Origin: Sphingomonas sp.
GTDB lineage: Bacteria > Pseudomonadota > Alphaproteobacteria > Sphingomonadales > Sphingomonadaceae
DNA length: 64,000 nt
Reading direction: 5' to 3'
NCBI GenBank assembly: GCA_043737475.1
Contig: JAYTAP010000080.1
Coordinates: forward strand, 3,321-67,320
Positions 30,066 through 42,291 of the stretch are shown here, piece by piece. The notes beneath the pieces were generated by a model that saw nothing but the letters and a program-made list of their open reading frames with translations, was not told where the DNA came from and did not search any database. How positions within the stretch are numbered: the stretch's first letter is position 1; every line of letters starts with the position of its first letter. Made by a program: the position numbers and the translations under genes.

Positions 30066-30096
30066 CCCCCGCCTTTGCGCCCGCCACTACGAGCAC

Positions 30097-30336
30097 ATGG
30101 CCGAAGACCTGACTGCTCTGTCGTTCGAAGACGCATTGAAGCGCCTTGAAACGATCGTCCAGCGCCTCGAAAGCGGGGACGAAAGTCTGGATTCGTCGAT
30201 CAAGCTCTACACCGAAGGCGATGCGCTCAAGGCACAATGCGAACGGCGGCTTAAAGATGCCCATGCGCGGATCGAAAAGATCAGCCTTGGCAATGACGGC
30301 ACCGTGGTTGGCACAGTGCCGTTTGATGGGAGTTAA
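30097..30336 (+). CDS. xseB: Exodeoxyribonuclease VII small subunit
   Basis: [20 protein letters not shown]...[11 protein letters not shown]. Confidence 0.95.
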   Translation: MAEDLTALSFEDALKRLETIVQRLESGDESLDSSIKLYTEGDALKAQCERRLKDAHARIEKISLGNDGTVVGTVPFDGS

Positions 30337-30342
30337 AGGCGG

Positions 30343-31242
30343 ATGGGGGTCGTTGCGCCGATTTTGGGCGATGCGCTGGCGGACATTGCCCGTGATGTAG
30401 ATCGTTTGTTCGACACACTGCTGCCGGTGCCCGATGACCAGCGCGCGCCGCTTTTTCACGCGATGCGCCATGCCAGCATCGGCGGCGGGAAGCGTCTGCG
30501 CCCGTTGCTCGTTGTGGCATCATGTGCACTGTTCAATGTCGATCGGGCGGCGGCGCTGCGGGTGGGCTGCGCCGTCGAGGCAATTCATGTCTATTCGCTG
30601 ATCCACGATGATCTGCCGTGCATGGACGATGACGACATGCGACGGGGCAAGCCGACGGTGCACAAGGCATTCGACGAAGCGATTGCGGTACTGGCCGGCG
30701 ACTCGCTGCATGCACTCGCATTCGAACTGGTGGTCGATGAGGCCGTCAGTCACGACCCTTTTCTGCGCATCGAGCTTGCCGAAGGGCTGGCGCGGGCGAG
30801 CGGTCCGTCGGGCATGGCAGGTGGACAGATGATGGATATCGCTGCCGAAACGCAGACATTCGACCTGAACGGGGTCACGCGCTTGCAACAGATGAAAACG
30901 GGGGCGCTGATTGCGTTTAGCGTCGAAGCTGGCGCGATCATGGGTCGTGTGCCGCCCGAAGGTCGCGGATCACTGCGTGGCTATGCTCGCGACGTTGGCC
31001 TAGCTTTCCAGATAGCCGACGATCTTCTCGACGAAGAAGGTGACGAAGCGGTGGCGGGCAAGGCGCTTCACAAGGATGCAGCCGCGGGCAAAGCGACGTT
31101 CCTGTCGCTGCTCGGCGTCGATCGCGCACGCGCGCAAGCGCAGATGCTGGTCGATCAAGCCATTTCGCATCTGAACAGTTTTGGGCCTGAAGCCGATCTC
31201 CTCCGCGCCATTGCCCGCTATTCGATCGAAAGGGACCGTTGA
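30343..31242 (+). CDS. ispA: Farnesyl/geranyl diphosphate synthase
   Basis: GGKRLRP, SLIHDDLPCMDDDDMRRGKPT, KTGALI, FQIADDLLD. Confidence 0.95.
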   Translation: MGVVAPILGDALADIARDVDRLFDTLLPVPDDQRAPLFHAMRHASIGGGKRLRPLLVVASCALFNVDRAAALRVGCAVEAIHVYSLIHDDLPCMDDDDMRRGKPTVHKAFDEAIAVLAGDSLHALAFELVVDEAVSHDPFLRIELAEGLARASGPSGMAGGQMMDIAAETQTFDLNGVTRLQQMKTGALIAFSVEAGAIMGRVPPEGRGSLRGYARDVGLAFQIADDLLDEEGDEAVAGKALHKDAAAGKATFLSLLGVDRARAQAQMLVDQAISHLNSFGPEADLLRAIARYSIERDR

Positions 31243-31742
31243 TGATCCGCATCGGCGTTTACCCCGGCACGTTCGATCCGCTAACGCGCGGGCACATGGA
31301 CATCATCCGGCGCGGCGCAAAGCTCGTTGACAAGCTGGTGATCGGCGTCACGACCAATCCGTCGAAGTCGCCGATGTTCAGGATCGAGGAGCGGCTGGCG
31401 ACGGTGGTTCGCGAAACGGCAGATATCGAGGGCGTTCGTGTCGTTCCGTTCGATCTGCTGCTGATGGATTTTGCCGAGCAGGAGCACGCAAGTATCATTA
31501 TCCGCGGCCTGCGCGCCGTCGCCGATTTCGAATATGAGTATCAGATGGCGGGCATGAACCAGCAGCTTAACAATAAAATAGAAACGGTTTTCCTGATGGC
31601 AGACGTGGCGCTGCAGCCGATTGCATCGCGTCTCGTCAAGGAGATCGCAATCTACGGCGGCGCGATCGGCAAATTCGTCATGCCGAGCGTCGAAGCCGAA
31701 GTGGTGGCACGCGTCGAAACCATTGGACGAAAAGGCCGTTGA
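31242..31742 (+). CDS. coaD: Phosphopantetheine adenylyltransferase
   Basis: YPGTFDPLTRGH, IRGLRAVADFEYE, ETVFL. Confidence 0.97.
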   Translation: MIRIGVYPGTFDPLTRGHMDIIRRGAKLVDKLVIGVTTNPSKSPMFRIEERLATVVRETADIEGVRVVPFDLLLMDFAEQEHASIIIRGLRAVADFEYEYQMAGMNQQLNNKIETVFLMADVALQPIASRLVKEIAIYGGAIGKFVMPSVEAEVVARVETIGRKGR

Positions 31743-31803
31743 CGTTCAGGCAGCGGACAGTTGACCGCCGTATTGGTCGCGTAAAATTTGCGGAGTTGAA
31801 CCT

Positions 31804-32468
31804 TTGAAGACCATTTTGACTGCGTTCGTGGCTGTCCTTGCGCTGGCCAGCCCGGCTTTGGCGAAGAAAAAGCCGAAGCTCGCGCCGCGCACAATCGTGA
31901 CGATGACGGTCGTCGAACCAGCGGCAACGCCGGACAATCTTTGGCATTTACAACTTTCGACCGGGGGCACTGTCGTGGTGCAGCTGCGGCCTGACAAGAC
32001 GCCCGCGCACATTGACCGGATTAAGGCACTGACACGCTCGGGCTTTTACGACGGCCTGCTGTTTCACCGCGTGATCGATGGCTTCATGGCACAGACCGGC
32101 GATCCGAAGGGCACGGGTGAGGGCGGCTCGGCGCTTCCCGATCTGAAGGCAGAATTCAACGACATGCCTCATTTGCGTGGCACGGTGTCGATGGCGCGTT
32201 CGGAGAGCGTCGATAGTGCCAACAGCCAGTTTTTTATCGTCTTCCTGCCTGTCCTGCGGCTCGACGGGAAATATACGCCGTTCGGGCGTGTGGTTTCGGG
32301 CATGCAATATGTCGATCTGATCGAACGCGGCGAGCCACCAACGACTCCGGCGAAAGTCGTGAAAGCCTGGATCGAAGCTGACGGCCCGAATGCAGCGCGA
32401 GTGCCTTTGCCTGCGACTGTCGCTGTTGCGCCGCCTGCGGCATTGCCCGTGGATGCCGTGCCGAAATA

Positions 32469-32469
<1 letters not shown>
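31804..32469 (+). CDS. Exported cyclophilin-type peptidyl-prolyl isomerase
   Basis: Signal peptide; [38 protein letters not shown]. Confidence 0.93.
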
Positions 32470-34588
<2,119 letters not shown>

Positions 34589-34621
34589 CCCGCTCCGGAT
34601 CATAGCTGGCATGTATCCCGT

Positions 34622-35239
34622 TCAGCTAAATGAAACCGACGTCCGACGGCGTGCCCGCAGCGAATATCCGGCAATTCCGAAGCCGACCAGCATGAGCGCC
34701 CAAGTCGATGCTTCGGGCACTGCTGCTGCAGCGCTTACGCCCGTGATATCAAGCGCCCAGTTGCCCATGCGCTTCGAGCCGTAAAAATCGACGAACCCGC
34801 TGCGAAATAAGGGCTGTCCTTCAAAGTTGAAGGGCAATGCCAGATTGGCCGGACCGAAATTGTCATATTGCGTCAGGAACAGCTTATAGCTTCCGGCAGC
34901 GAGCGCGATCGTCAGCAGCGGATCACCCGCAGCGCCTGTGATTGGATCGACCGTGACGCCGTCATCGCCGTATGCGATGTTCTGGCTTGCGGAGTCGTAA
35001 AGCGACACGACGCCATCGAATCCACCGGAACCGACTGTCTGCCCTGCGGCATTGACACCGCCCGCATAACCGAAGCTCCTGATTGTCACAGTCGCTGCTG
35101 CGGTAAGGTTGAACGTAAACGCTGCTTTGGCATCATCGGTCAGAAAGCTGCCGGTGAACGAAAAGTCGGCCGCGGAGGCTGTGGTCGGTATCGATGCTGC
35201 GGCGATGCCCGCCAATGCAGCGATTGCAAGGGTCTTCAT
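34622..35239 (-). CDS. PEP-CTERM (PEPxxWA-type) surface protein
   Basis: Sec signal; C-terminal VPEASTWALMLVGFGIAGYSLRARRR sorting signal; N-domain with YAGG.NAAG...GGFDG resembles known PEP-CTERM ectodomains. Confidence 0.88.
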   Translation of the reverse strand: MKTLAIAALAGIAAASIPTTASAADFSFTGSFLTDDAKAAFTFNLTAAATVTIRSFGYAGGVNAAGQTVGSGGFDGVVSLYDSASQNIAYGDDGVTVDPITGAAGDPLLTIALAAGSYKLFLTQYDNFGPANLALPFNFEGQPLFRSGFVDFYGSKRMGNWALDITGVSAAAAVPEASTWALMLVGFGIAGYSLRARRRTSVSFS

Positions 35240-35275
35240 GCTAAATTCCTATCTGAAATCGTTAAAGGCGCGCGA

Positions 35276-36880
35276 TCAGTTTGCCTGACCGAGCGTATCC
35301 TTGAGTATTTTGCCGAGCGCGGTCTGCTCGGTGTAGGCACCCACGCCGTAGGTCGTTCCACCGGCGTCGGTGTAGGTATCGTTCATCGTTGCAAGCGCGG
35401 CGATCGCATCCGAGCCCTTGCCGTAGGCAAAAAGCGGGACGAGGCCGGTCCCGTGATTTGAACCGAACCAGCGATTGCCGGGAACTTTGCCGGGCCCTTT
35501 GTCCACCAGCGGCTGATGCGGGATTGTCGCAGCGTCCGGACCAAGAAGCAGGTGGTCATGATCGGCCGTCACGATCAGCAGCGTATTATCCCATGTCGCC
35601 GCCGTGTCAGCGCGGTTGACCCAGTCGATCACGGCCTGGACCGTGTTATCCGAATCGATCTGCTCTTCGATCATGCGGCCGGTGCTGTTGCCATGTTCGG
35701 CGCGATCGACGGCACCGGCTTCGGACATCAGGTAAAAGCCCTTGCCTTGCGATCCGAGGACATTGAGCGCGGCCACCGTCAACTTGACCTGCGTCGGCAC
35801 GTTGGTTTTGAGCGGTTGCGCACAAGGAACGGGCGTTGCTGGTGCCGGAAAGCATGCAGGCAGCGTCGTGCCTGGGACGAAAGGCTCATGCAGCGTTGGG
35901 TTGGTCGAAGCGCCGCTGCGATTATATTGCGTGCTCTGGTCCCCCTTCATTATCATCGCCACGCGGACCGGCGGCTTTACTTTTTTATCGGCGAGTGCAT
36001 CGATTGCCGCCTTGTCCTGCAACAACGGCCACTTGGCTGCGTTGGTCCCGGTTGTGTTCGTACCGTTCTTCAGATCGGCCCATTGCGCTGCGCTGATCCA
36101 GCTATAACTCGGCGTGCGCGGGTTTCCGTTGTCGTCGAAATCGGGGTTGCCCGTGCCGCCGATGACGTCAAGCTTGCCACTGGCAAACATTTCGGCAGCG
36201 ATCGCATTGCGGTTCGCACGTGCGACATTGTGCGCGCCGCCAAGTGCCGCCGGGGTTGCGTCGGCGAATTGAACGGTTGCCACGACGCCGGTCGTCTTGC
36301 CGACTGCCTTTGCTGCATCGATGATGTCTGTGATTGTTACCTGTGGAACGCCCGCACCGTCGACATTGATCGAGTTGTTGTACGACCGGTTGCCGCTGGC
36401 GATCGACGATGCCGTGTTTCCCGAATCAGGGTGCGCAAAGCGGCTCCATTCATAACCGGCAAAGCCAGCAGGATAAGCGCCATAGCCTGTGGCGAGCGAC
36501 GGACCTGCGACTGGCCGGGTGTCCCAGAAGCGTGCCGAACTGTAAACGACGGCTTCCTGCTGCCGCGTGGTCAACGGCTGGTTATTGTCCTGAAGAACGC
36601 CACCGACAAATGTCGGCTCGGTGCTATACACGCTATTGGGCAAGCGATCCTCGCGAAGCGGATAAGTCGATACGTGGATTTTTTTGAACGCCGCACTGTC
36701 CGTGACGAGCGGCTTGCCGAGATACATGCGCGTGGCATCATATACCGTCGGGCCGGCACCATCATTGATGATGACAATCACGTTCTTCACGCCGGGGATC
36801 GCTTGTGCGGCGGCTGACGTCGCGAGAGCCAGTGGTGAAACCATCAACGTTGCCGAAAGAAGGATCGTCTTCAATTGCAT
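35276..36880 (-). CDS. Secreted PhoA-family alkaline phosphatase
   Basis: Signal peptide; KNVIVIINDGAG, PDSG (Ser nucleophile), DATPA, EAGAVDRAEH, TADHDH, NHG all match PhoA metal/catalytic positions. Confidence 0.88.
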   Translation of the reverse strand: MQLKTILLSATLMVSPLALATSAAAQAIPGVKNVIVIINDGAGPTVYDATRMYLGKPLVTDSAAFKKIHVSTYPLREDRLPNSVYSTEPTFVGGVLQDNNQPLTTRQQEAVVYSSARFWDTRPVAGPSLATGYGAYPAGFAGYEWSRFAHPDSGNTASSIASGNRSYNNSINVDGAGVPQVTITDIIDAAKAVGKTTGVVATVQFADATPAALGGAHNVARANRNAIAAEMFASGKLDVIGGTGNPDFDDNGNPRTPSYSWISAAQWADLKNGTNTTGTNAAKWPLLQDKAAIDALADKKVKPPVRVAMIMKGDQSTQYNRSGASTNPTLHEPFVPGTTLPACFPAPATPVPCAQPLKTNVPTQVKLTVAALNVLGSQGKGFYLMSEAGAVDRAEHGNSTGRMIEEQIDSDNTVQAVIDWVNRADTAATWDNTLLIVTADHDHLLLGPDAATIPHQPLVDKGPGKVPGNRWFGSNHGTGLVPLFAYGKGSDAIAALATMNDTYTDAGGTTYGVGAYTEQTALGKILKDTLGQAN

Positions 36881-37022
36881 GATAGAACCTTAACTTCACG
36901 CAGGCCCAATCGCCGTCGTCAACAAAACGTTAACGAGCAAAAATGTCGGTCGCGTGAAGGTTATCTTGCGGATCAGCGTAATGTGACGAAACGCGGGGAT
37001 AATATTGATATGTAATGGTATC

Positions 37023-38408
37023 TCATTCCGTGAAGGCAGTAAGGCCAAGCGCATCACGCCGCATCCAGCGCCATACCATAAGCACTGCGACGACGGCGAG
37101 ACCGCTTGCGAGGCCGATCCAAACGCCAAGACCTTTCAATTCGAACGGAAACGCGAGCGCGATGCCGACCCCGATTCCGACGATCCAATAGCCAAAAGCG
37201 GCAAAGATCATCGGCCAGCGCGTATCCTGCAGACCGCGCAAGACGCCTGCACCGACGCTTTGCGCCCCATCGACGATCTGGAATAGCGCCGCGATACCCA
37301 TGAATTGCACTGCAAGCGCAACAACTGCTGCGTTGCGCGCATCGGCGATGTCGATGAAAATGCCGACCAGGGGCCGGGGAAACAGGATGAGCGTTAGTGC
37401 CATGACGGCCATGAACCCAATGCCCAAAGCCAACGCTACCCAACCTGCGCGGGCAATCCCGGCCCGGTCGCGCGCACCGTAAGCGAAGCCCACGCGGACG
37501 GTCGCCGCTTGTGCGAGCCCCAGCGGGACCATGAAGGTGAAAGCGGCAATCTGGAGCGCGATCGCGTGCGCAGCAATCTCGTCGCGACCGATCAGCCCCA
37601 TGATAAAGACGGCGGCGGCGAAAACGGCGACTTCAAAGAGTAAGGTAATGGCGATCGGCAAACCGATCGCTGCAACTTGGCGGTAGCGCGGCCAGTCCGC
37701 CCGCCACCAGCGCCCAAAAATGCAATAGCGTTTGAATGGCTTTACGAATGCAACAACCGCAGCAAGCGCCAGAAACACGAATAGATTGGCAAGCGCACTC
37801 GCAATCGCCGAGCCTTCGAGCCCCATCGCGGGCGCCCCGAGCCGCCCGAAAATCAACGCCCAGCCAAGCAAAGCGTTGATTGCGACCTGAGCAAACAGCA
37901 CTGCTGCAGCCCAGTTCGGTCGTTCAATGGCCGAGATAAAATTGCGCAGCACAAAAAACCAGAAAATGGGGAGCAAGCTCCACATAATGATCCGTACGAA
38001 GCGGCCCGCTGCAGCTGCAAGATCGGGCGCCTGGCCCAGCATCAGCAGCAGGTCCGGCGCGTGCCAAAGGATAAGCCAACAGGGGATCGCAAGTGTCACC
38101 GCATGCCACAGTCCCTGTCGAACAGTGCGACGCACTTCGCGGACCGAATGACGCCGCGCCCCGCGCTCGGCAGCAACGAGCGGTGACACCGCAGCAAGCA
38201 GTCCGATGCCGAAAACGAGCAACGGAATGTAGAGATTGAACGCTAGCGATCCCGCAGCCAGCGCGTCTGCATTGAGGCGACCAAGCAACACCAGATCGGT
38301 TGCGTTGATTGTGGATTGCGCGACATTGGCAAGGATGATCGGTAGCGCCAGCGAAAGCATGGCGCGGGTCTCGGTCGTCCATAATGATCGTGGCGCGGTG
38401 GTTTCCAT
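37023..38408 (-). CDS. MATE family efflux transporter
   Basis: ~12 TM; LALPII, ATDLVLLGRL, GLPIAI..LFE, IAAHAIA, QIVDGAQSV...GVLRG. Confidence 0.93.
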   Translation of the reverse strand: METTAPRSLWTTETRAMLSLALPIILANVAQSTINATDLVLLGRLNADALAAGSLAFNLYIPLLVFGIGLLAAVSPLVAAERGARRHSVREVRRTVRQGLWHAVTLAIPCWLILWHAPDLLLMLGQAPDLAAAAGRFVRIIMWSLLPIFWFFVLRNFISAIERPNWAAAVLFAQVAINALLGWALIFGRLGAPAMGLEGSAIASALANLFVFLALAAVVAFVKPFKRYCIFGRWWRADWPRYRQVAAIGLPIAITLLFEVAVFAAAVFIMGLIGRDEIAAHAIALQIAAFTFMVPLGLAQAATVRVGFAYGARDRAGIARAGWVALALGIGFMAVMALTLILFPRPLVGIFIDIADARNAAVVALAVQFMGIAALFQIVDGAQSVGAGVLRGLQDTRWPMIFAAFGYWIVGIGVGIALAFPFELKGLGVWIGLASGLAVVAVLMVWRWMRRDALGLTAFTE

Positions 38409-38453
38409 CGGTGCGCCCTATCACTGCGTTGATCGCGATGCGATAAGCGACCG

Positions 38454-39326
38454 ATGCCCAGCTCCAGATTCGCGCTTTCTGAAATTCTGCGCCGCCGCGT
38501 GGTCGGCGATGTCCGCGCCTTGTTCAATGACCGGGCAAAAGGCGAAACGCCGACGCCGATGTCAGACAATGCGCTGTTTCCGCGCGGGTCGGTGATCTGG
38601 CGCGTGCACGGTGACGTTACGACGATGATGGTCGGCGGCATATCGGCGTTGCTCACACAGATGCTCCACCCCCTTGCGCTAGCCGGGGTGTGGGATCATT
38701 CGCGATTTCGCGACGACATGATCGGACGGCTGCGGCGGACAGCGCGGTTCATTGCCGTGACGACCTATGCCGATCGCAGCGATGTCGAACGGCTTATCGG
38801 CCAGGTGCGGCGTGCGCATGACGCCGTCAAAGGTGCGCGGCCCGACGGCACGACATATGCCGCAAGTGATCCGCATTTGTTGGCCTGGGTCCACGTCTGC
38901 GAAGCGATTTGCTTTCTCGACGGCTGGATTCGTTATGGCGAACCCGGCATGTCGCGCACGGATCAGGACCGCTATTTTTTGGAAAGTGCGGTTGTTGCAC
39001 GGATGCTCGGCGCTGATCCCGTTCCCGAGACGCGGGCCGCGGCGAACGAAATCCTGCGGTCGATGCGACCAGAACTGCTGATCGATGCACGGACGCGCGA
39101 AGTCTGCGACCTTATCCTCAGCCAGCGACCCGACGATGCGCGCGGCGCAATCGCACAAAGTGTGATATGCGATGCAGCGGTCTCACTCTTGCCACCTTGG
39201 GCGCGCACGATGCACGGGTTCCGACCATCAGCACTCAAGGCCCCTCTGGTTCACCTGGGGACATTCGGCATGGCGCAAACCCTGCGCTGGGCTTTCGCCG
39301 GCGAGTATCGCCAGCCGCAGAATTAG
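38454..39326 (+). CDS. Oxygenase MpaB-like (DUF2236) protein
   Basis: SVIWRVHGD, GGISALLTQMLHP, GVWDHS.FR.D..GRLRRT, LLAWVH. Confidence 0.87.
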   Translation: MPSSRFALSEILRRRVVGDVRALFNDRAKGETPTPMSDNALFPRGSVIWRVHGDVTTMMVGGISALLTQMLHPLALAGVWDHSRFRDDMIGRLRRTARFIAVTTYADRSDVERLIGQVRRAHDAVKGARPDGTTYAASDPHLLAWVHVCEAICFLDGWIRYGEPGMSRTDQDRYFLESAVVARMLGADPVPETRAAANEILRSMRPELLIDARTREVCDLILSQRPDDARGAIAQSVICDAAVSLLPPWARTMHGFRPSALKAPLVHLGTFGMAQTLRWAFAGEYRQPQN

Positions 39327-40666
39327 CCGAGTTTTACGCCAAGGAAACCGGGCATCGGACCGTTCCAGCCATCGTCGTCGGCATCGTCGTCCTTCGGCAC
39401 CGGCGACGGCGCGCGTGACACCGCTTTGCGCTCGACTTGAACTGGGCGCGTTGTCGGCACGGACTTATCAGCGCGCGGTGCTGCAGCTTTGCGCCCACGA
39501 CGGGCTGGTTTTTCGGTGGCGGGTGCTTCGTCATCGACACGCAGCGGCGCTGGTGCCGTGCCGACACGCTCGATTTTTGTGCTCGTCAGCTTTTCGATCT
39601 GCGCGACGGCTTCGGCATCTTCGGGCGTCATCAGCGTAAACGCCTTGCCGGTCGCTCCGGCACGGCCGGTCCGACCGATGCGGTGGACATAATCGTCGGG
39701 ATGCCACGGCACATCGTAATTCACGACATGGCTGACCCCTTTGACGTCAAGCCCACGCGCAGCAACGTCGGACGCGACTAGCACCATGATATCGCCATTC
39801 TTGAAACGGTCGAGTTCTTTAATCCGTTCGGACTGGTCCATATCGCCCTGGATTTGCCCCGCCTTGAACCCGGCGCGTGACAAGCTCTGCGAAAGTTCAC
39901 GCACCGTCGTCTTGCGGTTCGAAAAGACGATGGCGGTCGTGACGTCGCCGGCGCGCAATATCTCGATCAGCGCATCCTTTTTGCCGCGTGATGACACTTC
40001 GACGATGCGTTGCTCGATCTGAAGATTGGCACTGGCAGGGCGAGAAACTTCGATCTGCTTGGGATTGCTCAAGAATTTGTCAGCAAGTTTCTTGATCGGC
40101 CCGGGCATGGTCGCCGAAAACAGCAAGGTCTGGCGATTGGTCGGCAGCTTGGTGCAGATTTCCTCGATATCGGGAATGAAGCCCATGTCGAGCATCCGGT
40201 CAGCTTCGTCGATTACGAGCAGCGTGCAATCATTGAGCATGATCTTTCCGCGGCTGAACAAGTCCATCAGGCGACCGGGCGTCGCGATGAGGACATCGAC
40301 GCCTTTTTCAAGCGCTTTGACCTGATCACCCATCTGAACGCCACCAATCAGCAACGCCATCGAGAGCTTGTGGTATTTGCCGTATTTCTCGAAATTTTCG
40401 GCTACCTGCGCGGCAAGCTCGCGCGTCGGCTCGAGGATCAGCGAACGTGGCATCCGCGCCCGGCTGCGTCCTTCGGCAAGGATGTCGATCATCGGAAGAA
40501 CGAAACTGGCGGTCTTGCCCGTGCCCGTCTGCGCAATGCCGATCAGATCGCGCATCATGAGCACGCTCGGGATTGCCTGAGCCTGAATCGGGGTGGCTTC
40601 GCTGTAACCCGAATCAGTAATAGCACGGAGCAATTGATCGGAGAGGCCGAGGTCGGCGAAATTCAT
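39323..40666 (-). CDS. DEAD-box RNA helicase (RhlE-like)
   Basis: AQTGTGKT, PTRELA, TPGRL, DEAD, SAT, ARGLD, HRIGRTGRAG. Confidence 0.97.
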   Translation of the reverse strand: MNFADLGLSDQLLRAITDSGYSEATPIQAQAIPSVLMMRDLIGIAQTGTGKTASFVLPMIDILAEGRSRARMPRSLILEPTRELAAQVAENFEKYGKYHKLSMALLIGGVQMGDQVKALEKGVDVLIATPGRLMDLFSRGKIMLNDCTLLVIDEADRMLDMGFIPDIEEICTKLPTNRQTLLFSATMPGPIKKLADKFLSNPKQIEVSRPASANLQIEQRIVEVSSRGKKDALIEILRAGDVTTAIVFSNRKTTVRELSQSLSRAGFKAGQIQGDMDQSERIKELDRFKNGDIMVLVASDVAARGLDVKGVSHVVNYDVPWHPDDYVHRIGRTGRAGATGKAFTLMTPEDAEAVAQIEKLTSTKIERVGTAPAPLRVDDEAPATEKPARRGRKAAAPRADKSVPTTRPVQVERKAVSRAPSPVPKDDDADDDGWNGPMPGFLGVKLG

Positions 40667-40723
40667 GAAAATGTCCGTTGGAAAGTCGTCGATGCGGTGC
40701 GCACAAGGCGTCCCAAAGTCAAG

Positions 40724-41155
40724 TCAGCGTTCGGGCACGAGACTGGAAAAGCGTTTGACTTCGCACTGACCGCCGGTCCGCGCATGCACAGTGTCCCGGT
40801 CGCGACACAACTGACCGTCACTCGTCGGCTTGACGTAAAAGCCATAGCCCAGATCGACACCTGCGCATTGTTTTTCGAGGCGCGTACGAATGCGTGCACC
40901 GTTGCGCAGAAAAAGATCGACTACCTGCGGTCCGCGGACAACAAATCCCGCAAGATTGTTAAGACTAACGCATTTCGGGCCTTTTGTCTCGACCCAGCGA
41001 GTCGGCACTTGCGGTGCCGTCTGAACTGGCGCCAGCGGCACGCGCACGACCACGCGTTGCTGAATGGTCAGCTGTGCGAATTCGGCACCATCGACCTTTG
41101 GCGCGGGAACAACACTACTCGTTGCCGCCATCAGCGCGTAAATCAGCGAATGCAC
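40724..41155 (-). CDS. Small exported Cys-containing hypothetical protein
   Basis: Likely GTG start at 41155 (HSLIYALMAA). Four Cys in the folded C-terminal half. Confidence 0.7.
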   Translation of the reverse strand: MHSLIYALMAATSSVVPAPKVDGAEFAQLTIQQRVVVRVPLAPVQTAPQVPTRWVETKGPKCVSLNNLAGFVVRGPQVVDLFLRNGARIRTRLEKQCAGVDLGYGFYVKPTSDGQLCRDRDTVHARTGGQCEVKRFSSLVPER

Positions 41156-41337
41156 GGTATATTTTCCATAACGATCAGCCGATGCGGGCCCGAGGTTGAA
41201 TGCGTGATTAACTTGGTAGCACCACAATACTGCTGAAACATGTTGCTTGCGTGAATTGTCTCGTGCTTGCGTCTGCCGCGCTTGCGCCATAGGGCAACGC
41301 GCGACATCAACCCCAATTCAAATCCGGAGAGTCCTCG

Positions 41338-42111
41338 ATGGCCAGCACGGCCCCCCAGAACCCAAGCCTGCCGCTGCTCTACAAGGACCTCGTTCCGATT
41401 TCTCAGCAGGAGCATGGCACCTGGCGCTACAAGACGAATGATGCCGCACCATTCCTCCACACCGAGCACGCCGTGCCAGTGACGGTTGAAGAGTTTTCGA
41501 TCGCCCAGCGCTTCTATCCGATAATTTTTACTGTCGGTGATCAGCCGGTTCCGCTGGCGCTCATGGGGCTAAATGAAGGCATCAACACGTTCATCGGCGA
41601 GGACGGAAAGATGGTGCAGGAAGCGTATGTGCCGGCTTATGTCCGTCGTTATCCGTTCCTTCTTGCCAAGCTGCGTCCCGATGCCGACGAATTGTCGCTG
41701 TGCGTCGACCCGACAAATGAAACGATGGGTGCGTATGATGAAGGCGATCTCGTGTTCGACGGCGATCAGCCTTCGGAAGCTACCAAGAACATCCTCGCGT
41801 TCTGCGAACAGTTCGAACAGGCTGGCCAGCGTACCGGCGCTTTCATGGAAGAATTGAAAGCGCTCGACATCCTGATGGACGGCGAAGTGTCGATCCAGAC
41901 CGACGAAGCAACGCCGCCTTTCATCTATCGCGGTTTCCAGATGGTCAACGAAGAAAAGCTGCGCGACCTGCGCGGCGACCAGTTACGCAAGATGTCGCAG
42001 TCGGGAATGCTGCCACTTATTCACGCGCACCTTTTTTCACTTGGCATCATGCGCGAGCTTTTCGGTCGTCAGATTGCGCAGGGCAGGATGCCTGAACCGC
42101 AGGCTGCGTAA
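41338..42111 (+). CDS. SapC family protein
   Basis: PLLYK, AVPVTVEEF...QRFYPIIF, YVPAYVRRYPF, LPLIHAHLFSL. Confidence 0.88.
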   Translation: MASTAPQNPSLPLLYKDLVPISQQEHGTWRYKTNDAAPFLHTEHAVPVTVEEFSIAQRFYPIIFTVGDQPVPLALMGLNEGINTFIGEDGKMVQEAYVPAYVRRYPFLLAKLRPDADELSLCVDPTNETMGAYDEGDLVFDGDQPSEATKNILAFCEQFEQAGQRTGAFMEELKALDILMDGEVSIQTDEATPPFIYRGFQMVNEEKLRDLRGDQLRKMSQSGMLPLIHAHLFSLGIMRELFGRQIAQGRMPEPQAA

Positions 42112-42149
42112 ATCACGCGTCCAACCGTTGTGCCGTTGCATGATGGTGC

Positions 42150-42178
42150 TTGAAACCGCTGCGGCCCTCACATACATT
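42150..42178 (+). promoter_or_regulatory. Sigma70-type promoter of the candidate sRNA
   Basis: TTGAAA (42150-42155), 17-nt spacer, TACATT (42173-42178). Confidence 0.7.
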
Positions 42179-42182
42179 AAAG

Positions 42183-42287
42183 AGGTCCGGATGCGCGTCC
42201 CCCCTTTCGCGCTCTGGACGACACGCCTGCGGGTGTGTCCCTCCCTGAACCTGGCCACCTCGTGCGAAAGCACGGGGTGGTTTTTTT
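42183..42287 (+). ncRNA. Candidate ~105-nt small RNA with C-rich loops, SuhB/MmgR-like 3' module
   Basis: Hairpin 1 GTCCGGA(T)GCGCG/CGCGC-TCTGGAC with loop TCCCCCCTTT; hairpin 2 GACACGCC/GGGTGTGTC; unpaired CCTCCCTGAAC; terminator CCACCTCGTGC-GAAA-GCACGGGGTGG-T7. Confidence 0.7.
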
Positions 42288-42291
42288 ATGC

